From positions 56,814-120,813 of the forward strand of contig VRVR01000023.1 of the NCBI GenBank assembly GCA_009859145.1: 64,000 nucleotides of DNA, given 5' to 3'. This DNA comes from Andalucia godoyi And28. Taxonomy: Eukaryota > Protista > Jakobida. Under the pieces are notes generated by a model. It was not told where the DNA came from. It saw only the letters and a list, made by a program, of their open reading frames with translations, and did no database searches. Shown here piece by piece: positions 28,836 through 38,739 of this stretch. How positions within the stretch are numbered: position 1 is the first letter of the stretch; the number at the start of each line of letters is the position of its first letter. The position numbers were made by a program, and so were the translations under genes.

Positions 28836-31214
28836 TCATGGTTGGAACTTGAGAGACACGCTCATGATAAAGACATCTTCTTTCGGATGGTCACGCTTGT
28901 CAGAGGGGATTTTCTCAATGTCCATGACGACATCCTGGCCCTTTATAACGCGCCCAAACACCGTGTGTTTCCCGTCTAGATGCCCATGAGATTTCGCGGT
29001 TGTGATGAAAAACTGAGAGCCGTTCGAATTCTTGACACTTCGATTCGCCATGGACACCATAAATGGATGATCGGAATGATTGAGCATCGGCAGCCGGATT
29101 TCGTCGTCAAACTCTCCTCCCCAACATGACTGGCCGCCAGAGCCGTCGCGATGTTCGTAATCGCCGGTCTGAATCATGAAGCCTCGAACAATACGATGAA
29201 AAGGGCAGCCGTCGTACTTTCTGGATTTCGCTAGACGGACAAAATTCGTAACAGTCAGAGGTGTTTGGGACGGATAAAGTTCCAGAACAATGTCGCCCTT
29301 GGTTGTATGCAGAGTCGCAGAACGAACCGCCAGATCATTATCAAAGTCTCGCTTGATTGATGATGATTCAGGTTGGAACGGCTCGGTGCGCCAGCCCATG
29401 GCCGTCGTCACGCTGGCCACAGTCCGAAATGGGCGAGGAAGCGGAGGGCGATCGCCACTGGTGAGGAACCAAAGGTACGGCGAAGTGCCTTGGAAAGATC
29501 GGGCAACAATGAAAGACTCTTCTTTGGGCAGTTTTGAATCCTCTCCGGCGTTCTCTCCAAAATAGACCATGCTACCCACGCCTGAGGCTATCGAAATCTG
29601 GTCCACTTTCACGGTGGATGAGAAAAATGAAACCGCGCAAAGATCGTCATGAGGATGCTGCCCGGACACGCTTTTGAGCTTCGACAGCTCAAAACGGTGG
29701 ACGCAACTTTTCGAGGACAAACTGCAGACAAGAACATCCGTAGCGTCAGGAATAAACACATATCTTCCGTCCTCGGAAATGGACAATTCGGCCGTCGCTC
29801 CATCATCGATGCTGTGACTCGACCATAGTTCAGGTACAACAAATTCTGCGGAAAGCGTCGGCTTCCTTGACACATCGATATCTACCACGCAAACGGTCTT
29901 GGAAGCACACAAGAACACGCAACGAGCGAAAGGCGAACCAGGAGCAGCAGTCTGCGGCAGCGATGTTGCAGTGAAACCAACAACCTTTGACACTGGTTTC
30001 GACTTGACCAAGAAAAACAAAGCCGGAAAAGCAAGTTTCGTTCCAGGGAGACTGCTTTTCGTCGTTATGTCCGACCACAGCTCGATTCTTCCCGAAATGT
30101 CGCAGGAGACAACAGACTGAAGTGAAGACAAGTACTTCATAAACATGACTGCAGAAGTGTGCAAGGAACACAATTTTAAGCCCTCTGGCATTGAAGAATC
30201 GCTGTGACTCGCCTTTCTACGCTTCGACGAGGGTCCTTCGACCATTGTGAGGTCGTCTGCAGCAATCTGCGGGGGATAGGACTGTGAAGATCCCGCTGCA
30301 GTCGGAAAACCGCCACATGCATCAACAGAAATGACATGGATGGGTCCTGCAGGCATGCCTAACAAGATCTTTGTGTTGGTCGAACTACCACTGAGTGCCA
30401 GCGTGACGTTATTCCAAGAATTGGGGGAGCTGGAGGGAAGGAACAAGGAGTTTGGCAACTGCGCCGTCACCAGCACGGAAACAATTCCTACTGGAGCATC
30501 GCTGCTGCCCATCAACGGAACATACGGAAGTTCTAGGACCGACAATCTTCCAAAAGAATCCAGCAGCGCAACGACCGAACCGTCATCATTGCACGTGACT
30601 TTCGCGAAACTCATTCGCAAAGCAACCGTTGCACTGTCATGGTTCCATTGTGAAACTGCGGCCACGTCCACGTCCTCCTGCGCAACGCCAGCAGTACAGA
30701 AAATGGCAGACAGGCTGGTGCACGGTAGGCACTGCACCGTGCGCACAAGCTCCAGTAAATGCTCCGGAAGTCTCCGAAACACATGCACGACAAAGGAACT
30801 AGATCTCAAATTGTCAAGAAGACTCTCGACGTGCTCGTGCTCGTGCTCGTGCTCGTGGAAAGGCCCCTTGCACCAAACACGGCTTGTGCTGCATACCACT
30901 AAAAACCCACTGCGAGTGAAGAAGGAAGACACGGGCATCGCGTCTTCCGATAAATAGGAGAATCGAGAATCTGATGAACCCGGGATCGAACAACCGTGCG
31001 GCAGCGAGACATGAGAGTGAAGTCGCGATAGCTGCTCGATGAAGTCTGGTAGCGGTGGATAGCTCGCAGGAGCCTTTTGACTTTCGGATGCCCGGCGGAT
31101 ACCGACAGCTGTTCCTGCAGGCTGCTCCACCGACGCGGCATCAGCAAGGTAAGGACACGATGCTAGTGCCAGTGAAGGGCCCACAAAATCATCATCATCG
31201 CTTTCGGCGTCCAT
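28836..31214 (-). CDS. PPWD1: Cyclophilin with N-terminal WD40-like region (PPWD1-like), 792 aa
   Basis: N-terminal SDDDDFVGP; divergent beta-propeller (VVSCDISGRIELWS); cyclophilin ATLHTTKGDI..FHRIVRGFMIQTGD..VSMAN..NGSQFFIT..LDGKHTVFGRV. Confidence 0.85.
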   Translation of the reverse strand: MDAESDDDDFVGPSLALASCPYLADAASVEQPAGTAVGIRRASESQKAPASYPPLPDFIEQLSRLHSHVSLPHGCSIPGSSDSRFSYLSEDAMPVSSFFTRSGFLVVCSTSRVWCKGPFHEHEHEHEHVESLLDNLRSSSFVVHVFRRLPEHLLELVRTVQCLPCTSLSAIFCTAGVAQEDVDVAAVSQWNHDSATVALRMSFAKVTCNDDGSVVALLDSFGRLSVLELPYVPLMGSSDAPVGIVSVLVTAQLPNSLFLPSSSPNSWNNVTLALSGSSTNTKILLGMPAGPIHVISVDACGGFPTAAGSSQSYPPQIAADDLTMVEGPSSKRRKASHSDSSMPEGLKLCSLHTSAVMFMKYLSSLQSVVSCDISGRIELWSDITTKSSLPGTKLAFPALFFLVKSKPVSKVVGFTATSLPQTAAPGSPFARCVFLCASKTVCVVDIDVSRKPTLSAEFVVPELWSSHSIDDGATAELSISEDGRYVFIPDATDVLVCSLSSKSCVHRFELSKLKSVSGQHPHDDLCAVSFFSSTVKVDQISIASGVGSMVYFGENAGEDSKLPKEESFIVARSFQGTSPYLWFLTSGDRPPLPRPFRTVASVTTAMGWRTEPFQPESSSIKRDFDNDLAVRSATLHTTKGDIVLELYPSQTPLTVTNFVRLAKSRKYDGCPFHRIVRGFMIQTGDYEHRDGSGGQSCWGGEFDDEIRLPMLNHSDHPFMVSMANRSVKNSNGSQFFITTAKSHGHLDGKHTVFGRVIKGQDVVMDIEKIPSDKRDHPKEDVFIMSVSLKFQP

Positions 31215-31444
31215 ACCCTTGTTGCATCGTCCAAAGATAATAAACCAATGATTCCGCAGAGAACACTGCACAGACGACGTGCAATAACTATCGTCCCACA
31301 TTACCGACACACTCACCACCGCCACCACTTCTCTTGGCCAGTTTTGGTGTATGGACTGTTTTCCTGTGTTCCCTATTATTTGGCTTGATACTGGTGACCC
31401 TGGCAAAAACCCCCGACGCGTGAGCGCCTACATTATATACACTG

Positions 31445-31490
31445 TGGATGCGTCTTTGGTGACAGCTTAGCCGATGATGAATAATGATTC
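31445..31490. repeat. 46-bp direct repeat, copy 2
   Basis: One mismatch to 27704-27749. Confidence 0.9.
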
Positions 31491-31638
31491 CTATTTTGGC
31501 GAGCATATTTTGGCAAGCGGTGGGAGGGTGGCGATACGTAAATACATTCAGTTTATGCTTGCTTGTTTGCGGTTCCGTGCAATCTGGAAGTCACCCGTCT
31601 GCGGTCGGCGCAACCAGGTGGAGGATATGTCCGCTGCA

Positions 31639-33249
31639 TCATTTCTGATTCAGTTTCCAGTTGGGTAGCGCATGCGCAGAGAGAGAAGGGTCGGAAAAAT
31701 CAAAGGGAGTGTTGATTGTGAAGGTCAGTGGAATGGTATGGGACGTGGTACGTACAAGCCCCGCAGTCAACAAGATCCAAGACGCAGACTCGGACGGCTC
31801 CGATGCCTGCTCCATTTCACGCTCACTTCTATGAACAGTACGTGCTGAATTCGAAGAGTGCGAATGTGACACGGAGTTTGGATGGCGAGAGGACGAAGAA
31901 GCAAACAGCGGACTGGCTTTGACAAGGACTGGTAATTGATATGCAACCATGGACGGGGATGCTTCGGTAGAATACTGTGCCTTGTACACAGGCTCTAGGC
32001 TGCTGTCGTGCAGAACATGATGAGCGAGCGCAGCGTCCTTTGCAGTTGGCATTGCTGCGGGTGAAGTATCCAGGCTGGTAAAACAGACCGAGGACAGATC
32101 GAGCACGTCTCCGAACATTGCTTCAAAGCCGACCGAGTCGTGCACGTGAACCATCGTACCGCCGTTCAGGACAATGCACACGACACCCCAGCGAGACAAG
32201 GAGTTCAGAGTCTGCAGTACAGCATTGTTTGAGAAAATCAATTGGGATCGGAAAGTAGCGAGATCTTGTGCACATCGCTGATGATTGTCTGGAAGAGGCA
32301 CTGAGGTATCTGACGAGAACAACGTTTCTTGGTCGTCACGGGCGGCTTGACCCGTGGACACGGATGAAAGCCTCACAGCAGACAGTAATAAATTGCTATT
32401 TGACTGAAAAAGAGAACGAAACATGTGTGCAGCTGCTGCAACCTCGGCCAGCAGCTGCTGTCGAGAGCGGAAATCCCTCTGCAAAGTCCTTCCTGTCTGA
32501 AGTAAAGAAAAGAGCTTCGAATGAATGCGATCAGTGGCTTGTGCACCGATGAAGTGGTGATGGGAAGTCTGCAATCCTGCAGGGGGCTTGCATCCGTCAG
32601 CCAGCGAATCGTATGTCAAATTACCAGATGCAACGGTAGTCCGCTTTGTCAAATCATCCTGGAGCATCGGCAGGCTGGAAGACGATGACAAAGACATGGT
32701 TGCTTGCGCTGCTGCTGCTGTCGTTGTCATCATCGCTGATGGCAATGATCCAGAATGAAAATGCACGGAGAACAGCCCAGAGTGGGAGTGGGACGAAAAC
32801 GTCTGGGACGTTTGCACAGAAGACCTGGAGTTGTGTGACGAATTGCCGCTGAAACCGGGATGGTTCTGAAAAGGGAGAGCGGCCACGGAGAAGTGCTCGT
32901 CTCGTGTAGCCGATGAGGATCCCGATCCTGAAGATGTAGAGCTCTCGGAGTGCTTGGAAACAAAACAAGAATCCGCTTCTTCTGCGGAGCAGTCCAGATG
33001 ATTTCTCACACATCTGGCGCACGGCCAGGACTCGGAACAAGCGGTATGCGACATCCTGCAATTGTAACATGCAAACTTCCGAGGCTTCTTTCGCAGTGCA
33101 CTGTCCGCAAGCGGCCCAGAACGATCTTTGCCAGGACTGATGCTCCGCTTTGTGCTCTTTGGTCGGGAACCACTTGGTCCGCCGCCCTTGCCAGAGCTGC
33201 GCGACCCATCCGAGGGACAATCTGCATGAGATACTCGAGGGCTGGACAT
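31639..33249 (-). CDS. Zn(II)2Cys6 binuclear-cluster transcription factor, 536 aa
   Basis: ACYNCRMSHTACSESWPCARCVRNHLDC = C-x2-C-x6-C-x5-C-x2-C-x6-C preceded by basic RKKPRK; ATG at 33249. Confidence 0.88.
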   Translation of the reverse strand: MSSPRVSHADCPSDGSRSSGKGGGPSGSRPKSTKRSISPGKDRSGPLADSALRKKPRKFACYNCRMSHTACSESWPCARCVRNHLDCSAEEADSCFVSKHSESSTSSGSGSSSATRDEHFSVAALPFQNHPGFSGNSSHNSRSSVQTSQTFSSHSHSGLFSVHFHSGSLPSAMMTTTAAAAQATMSLSSSSSLPMLQDDLTKRTTVASGNLTYDSLADGCKPPAGLQTSHHHFIGAQATDRIHSKLFSLLQTGRTLQRDFRSRQQLLAEVAAAAHMFRSLFQSNSNLLLSAVRLSSVSTGQAARDDQETLFSSDTSVPLPDNHQRCAQDLATFRSQLIFSNNAVLQTLNSLSRWGVVCIVLNGGTMVHVHDSVGFEAMFGDVLDLSSVCFTSLDTSPAAMPTAKDAALAHHVLHDSSLEPVYKAQYSTEASPSMVAYQLPVLVKASPLFASSSSRHPNSVSHSHSSNSARTVHRSEREMEQASEPSESASWILLTAGLVRTTSHTIPLTFTINTPFDFSDPSLSAHALPNWKLNQK

Positions 33250-35265
33250 TCTGCAACGCTTTGAATGGCCACGAGCGATCCGGTTGGTTGTGAAGAAGCG
33301 GAGTGGGTGGCTGTGAACAAACAAATGCTTAACACACAGATGCTGGTGATTTGATGGTACTCTCACGTTGCTGCGCACTCCGATCGTCGTTGCTGCTGGG
33401 CTTGCCACGAAATCAGCTCATATTTGTACCACATCCGATCACGTCAGCACGTAACAGACGAGCAGCCTGCTGCGGGCTCTGCAAGCACACGTCAGTCCAG
33501 TTGACGGGCCAGTGCAGGGTCGAGGAAACACAAAGAAAGCAACTGCCAGCACGGGTCACAGTGGAACACCCGACAGAACACTTTTTTCTCTCTCTCGCCC
33601 GACAGGCAAGAACAATCCAAAACCGGGAGCGACAAATAGGGATGGCTTTACTGTACATGCTTTTGCAAGTCGCAGCTTCTGCCACCTGTTATATATTTCT
33701 GGCACGTGCCCACCAGCGGGGAGGGCGGGCTCTCAGCTCGTGACCGTTCTCTTTCCCGGCCGTCTTTTAACGTGCACAAATCCACCACCGCATTTTTTAC
33801 AGAATAAAAGAGCTGCTACATGAACACAGCCGAAGCACCGTTATTTCATTGCGACAGTCTGTTCACCTTCGCGAGATGCGAGTTTGTGCGAACCTTGTGC
33901 AGACGAAGGGGGAGAGCGGTCACCCCGAGCTCCTGTTTTTTTTATCTTCTTTTTTCTCTTTTTCTTTTTTCCTTTTTTTTTGTGGGTCATTGTTACAGCG
34001 CCAATGCGGAGTTCCCTGGTGGCACGGGAACGACGGCACTCAGGGGTGAGGTGGCGAAGGGCTGGCGGGTGGCCAGATCAGCCCACTCTGCATCTTCCCC
34101 GATGAGCCCGTTAAGAAGATGTATCAAGACAAGGAAGCCCGCATATCGGACACACGGAGCAAGTTCCAGAGTTGTAACTGGAAAGCTACGTAAAAAGCCT
34201 GTTCGTCAGTGCAGACATTGGGTGCGATGAAGCTTGCGAGACAGAGGAAGAAAGCCACTTTAAGAAATTTCGCCACATTTTCGCCGTGATTCCGAGTGGC
34301 GGCATCGAGAATCTGAACGGAAGGCGAACCAAGTATGACGAAAAGACGAACAAGGTTACAATGCAGCAGAGGCAGAATGCGATTCTTTCTCGCTGTGGAA
34401 GCAGCGGTCCAGTGGAACTCACAGCTAAAGGAAACGACAAGCGAATTTTGGCGGGCGGCGGGAACTGAAAAAGGGCCGAAGAGAATGCACTTTTCTGCCA
34501 CGTCCGAGCACCTGCATGCAGACGACTTGTTTGTGTTGGAGGTCTTCCAGGCAGACTCTCAGGACGAGGTCTTCGGGGGTGCTGCAAACTTGGAGGCGGG
34601 AGGCTGCGCTTGCTGCTGCGCACGGAAACTTCCGTCCGTCAAACCGGCCATCAGATGGGCAGAGGATCCTGATAAATATCCTTTCTTGGCAATTCACAAT
34701 CCTCCCGGAAAGGCTCTGCAGTATGAAAAATACTTGATGGCAATCAGATCCAAGATTTGCACAAGCAACCGTCGGAGACGGAGTTCAAGTTGTCCACTTC
34801 GTGAGTGATGTGGAGGCAGAGGAGGAAGGCATCGACATCCGGCTCCTCCTTCGAACTGCTCCTACTGAAACTTCTGACGAGCACCGTCATTTCGAAGTTC
34901 AACTCGTACACTAAACTCCGTGAATTCTGTTAAGTCCAAGCAAATTGCAAGAAGAAGCAGCGCCACCGTCGTCGAGGGCAACTCGCAGCGAGACCCCGTC
35001 TTCTTCGTTTTCCGCGAGAAAGCCATAAGCGGCAGCCAACCAACATTCGCAGGTTTTGTTCCTTCTAACAAGAAAAGACGGTGAAGCCGAGTATTTTCGA
35101 CGTCGTTTTCCTTTTCACGGTTATCCAAACGAGGCTTTTTGTTTTTGTATTGTGCGGTTTTGTCACTGGTTCTATCGTGACGCCGTCAGTTTATTGATTC
35201 TTTGCTTTGCTGTTGTTGTTTTTTTGTAATCATTGGGGGCGGTCTCCGCAGCAGCAAAGAAAGAA

Positions 35266-36474
35266 ATGGGAGCCAAGGCTTGCAAATCAAGCGAGCGCGT
35301 GTCCTCTCCGTCCGATTCTCAGCGGGTTTCTAGGAAATCTTCACAAGTCAGTCCTTTTGAGGATCAAGATACGACCCCCCATTCCACACACTCGAAAAGA
35401 ACCATTTCTTTTCACATCGAGCCCGTGGAGCGCACTTGCAGCAGCCGAAAACTTTGGGGATTTAGTGCAGATGGCCGACGGCACTCGGACTGCGAACACA
35501 ACATCGATCCGCAGTATCTGTACTCCGATGTGATGTCATCTCCAATCCATGACATTCCGGGTGTTCCGTCTCCGATGATCACCGGTGTTCCCTTGAACTA
35601 CTCGTCAGCATTCCGCGAAGATCACACGTACCATTTCCTCGCTGGAATGAAGAGACAGCTGTCTGAATCCGCCCTGTTGCTCGGAAACGCTAGTCGTGTC
35701 TATGATGGTAATGAGCCCGATGACAGTGTTCCGTTGCTGCTCGTTCGGAAACCGCATGGAAACCGCAGACCCGTCAGGCCGCTGTATGGTTCTTCTCCAG
35801 GCCACCAATCCTCCTCATTCTCAACTCCAACTTCCGCAGCTTCTTCTTTTTCGTCGTCTACGGACTTCTCGGAGAGCCTGTCGTTTTCGTCGGTGACGAA
35901 GCGCGCGGTGTTTGCCCGGTCCCTTACTCCTCTCGAGGTCGAGTTCAGAGAACCGGTGTTTCGTGAAATGGACAGAGTGAAACAAGAGGTCGAACAGACG
36001 AAAAAGAAGGGCGGTCCAACTGTTCGATATGCCGTTCGAGTCCGCAATCGAACATCGCGGCACATGACCATGCGTGTCATGTACTACTCACAAGACTCCA
36101 GCAAGCGGACCTCTGAAGCTTCTTTGCTTCCAAGGACCATGGTTGCATTCGAACTCAGGTGCGCGTCGATATGTGGTGTGTTCCTGAGTGCAGGCTCCGT
36201 GCATTCCAGTCTGGACATTTCGAAGTATTTTCCTGATTTGAAGTCTGCAGAAATGGAAATGCTCAACCTTGTGATCGAGCCCGTGCTGCAGAAGGATGAT
36301 CCTGATCAGCATGTGGTTCGTGCTTTTTCGATACCAGCCGCCGTTGCAGCCTCTGCATCCAAAACAGACGCGCTAAGTCGAGTAGAAGAAGAGCCGCTTC
36401 AAAGAATCACTGTGTACTCTCGCCGGTCTCCTAATTCACCGCATCCCGTCAAGCTTCTGTCTGCCAAGGCTTGA
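35266..36474 (+). CDS. Hypothetical protein, likely N-acylated (MGAKACKS), 402 aa
   Basis: Long ORF, Gly2 and Cys6, S-rich middle, beta-rich C-terminal domain. Confidence 0.75.
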   Translation: MGAKACKSSERVSSPSDSQRVSRKSSQVSPFEDQDTTPHSTHSKRTISFHIEPVERTCSSRKLWGFSADGRRHSDCEHNIDPQYLYSDVMSSPIHDIPGVPSPMITGVPLNYSSAFREDHTYHFLAGMKRQLSESALLLGNASRVYDGNEPDDSVPLLLVRKPHGNRRPVRPLYGSSPGHQSSSFSTPTSAASSFSSSTDFSESLSFSSVTKRAVFARSLTPLEVEFREPVFREMDRVKQEVEQTKKKGGPTVRYAVRVRNRTSRHMTMRVMYYSQDSSKRTSEASLLPRTMVAFELRCASICGVFLSAGSVHSSLDISKYFPDLKSAEMEMLNLVIEPVLQKDDPDQHVVRAFSIPAAVAASASKTDALSRVEEEPLQRITVYSRRSPNSPHPVKLLSAKA

Positions 36475-36540
36475 CACAAATCCGCGGCTGCAAAATGTAT
36501 ATACTGATGTTGTCGTTTGTCAACCCAAGCAAGCGCCAAA

Positions 36541-36545
<5 letters not shown>

Positions 36546-36574
<29 letters not shown>
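36546..36574. repeat. (AG)n microsatellite
   Basis: Directly visible between two convergent 3' ends. Confidence 0.95.
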
Positions 36575-36662
36575 CGCAGCGGGAGAGAGGGAGAACAACA
36601 GCAAACAGTGGGGAACATTAGTAATTTTACTGTACAAAGGAATTTTTGACGATCTTCTTTTT

Positions 36663-37978
36663 CTACCGTTGACTCGGGGTTCGAGACGACGTTTTCTTCG
36701 GCTGAATTATAAGGCTTCGGTCAAACAAGCGCGCATCATCGATCAACACGTGCGCCAGCAGCCAACGAACAAACTCTAAAGAAGGAGAAGCGGACGAAAA
36801 CGAAACATTCTGAAAAGAAAGCAAATCCGAGATAATCCTGTCTAGGGAAACAAATTTGGCAAAATTGATGCGAGCACTCACCATCGTCTGTTGACTATCG
36901 CTCGCAAAGACGAGGTCGCGAAGGAAAACGCCGCAGTATGGCACGCAAGGCTGCGAACGATCACGAGCGTTGCGCATAAGAACACGAAGTTTCTGATAAT
37001 TGTTTTCCGGCGACAGTTTTGCGTGCAGTTCCTCTTTCAAACGCCACACCGCGGGCTCGGCAAACCGATTCAAATCTGTCAACCGGTACACTGGCGCTGC
37101 ATCAAGTCCAGCAAGGACAGACATGCTGCCGCTCACATCGTTTTGCCGCAGCAGTCCGTCTGCCACCTTGATCCACTTCGCATACCGACTACCACGCAGG
37201 GTTGCATCAGAAGACCACAGTACATTAACAGAAACAAAATTTGAAAGCATATTAAACTGCTTAATGCAGTTCATCAGATTTGGACACCGAAACTGCTTTG
37301 CCGGCTTGGTCCAACATTCATCCAGAAGTTCTGACCAGTCAACACAGCGCAGCAACTTGTGATCCACGAAAATGATGGACGACACAATCTTCTCAATGGA
37401 AAGGTTGTCAAAGTCGACATTGTCCGCACAATTCGTGAACACTACATCCTCAAATGCATCACGTGCTATTTGCTCGTGACGCGGGATCAATCTTACTCTG
37501 GGAGTGCGCAAATGCCCACGGAAAAAAGTTGGCAGATACACCTTCATGAACGGAAGCACGACATCTCTCCATGAGTTTCCTTCTAGAAAGTCCAGGCCGT
37601 CCGTGTAGAGCATCCACTCCACCAAAAATCTGTTGATTTGTACAATGATATTGGGAATGTACTGTTGACGCAGCCACAGCGAACGAAACACGCTACGACT
37701 CTTGGTGTCTGAAATGGGATTCATCTGAGCTAGCAGTAGATAATCAATTTTCTCCGCAACGATACTCAACACTTCTGGAACGGACCCAAAGGACCTTAAG
37801 AACCGAAATAGCACTCTTTGTTGTATGGAATTTGGATTGCAGATTGAGTAGTGGACAAGCTGTCTCAGTGAAGCAAATCTTACCAAAAACGGATCATCGG
37901 TCAAAAACGACATGGTGGTAGAATCCGACTGTTCAGAGGGCATAACATTTTCCAACACGCTGTCGAAAACGGAGCCTT

Positions 37979-38011
<33 letters not shown>

Positions 38012-38324
38012 TAGTCGGCTCTGAGAGCATAGGAGACGTCGGCGGCTCCAACAAGGATGGGCGCGATGCCTCGGAAACAACAGGGCTGATCGAAAGAGCT
38101 GTTGTACATTCAAAATTTTGCTTTCGAGAGGCACTGACGACGATGGACTCTCCTTTCTTCAAAAATACAGCTCTCTGCAAACGAATATCGGATCGCTTCA
38201 AATCGGTGTACTCTTCAACAGCCGCATAGACAACCTGTCGAAGAACAGACAGATCCTGTGTGTACTGCGATATTCTCAGAGAAATGGAAAAGACATCGTC
38301 AACAGAAACATACAAATTCGGCAT
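36663..38324 (-). CDS. Ras guanine-nucleotide exchange factor (REM + CDC25 domains); alternative start 38334 with a 49-nt intron
   Basis: QFNMLSNFV, KWIKVADGLLRQNDVSGSMSVLAGLDAAPVYRL, LSPENNYQKLR, PCVPYCGVFLRDLVF, INFAK. Confidence 0.92.
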
Positions 38325-38739
38325 CCGCAACCATTCACCGGCAGATCAGTGCAGCCGAGGAGTTAACTGAGGCTGCTAGTAGTGTGTGCTTATCAATCTC
38401 GTTTTTTGTTGTTGTTTTTTTTTGTTTTTTTTGTTTTTTGGCTCTCTCCCCTGTTGATAAAACGATCCAAAAATCTCGATCGTTGACGGCGTTGTCTTTC
38501 CCCCCCACTGTGCTTAAAGGCCGGAAGTCGCCAAGTCGGGCAAGTAACGGGGCAACTACAGAAATTCTACAGCAGTTTTCGAAGACCGCTCGCTCAATGG
38601 TTCGGCGAACATCGTTTTTTGTTGTTTCTCTTTTTGAAACTGCAAACGCTTCACCACTGTTCAGACGCGACTTACTCTTATTTTGATTTTTCGATGCAGA
38701 TTATACGGTTTTCAATTCCCTATTTTAAAAAATGGCATA

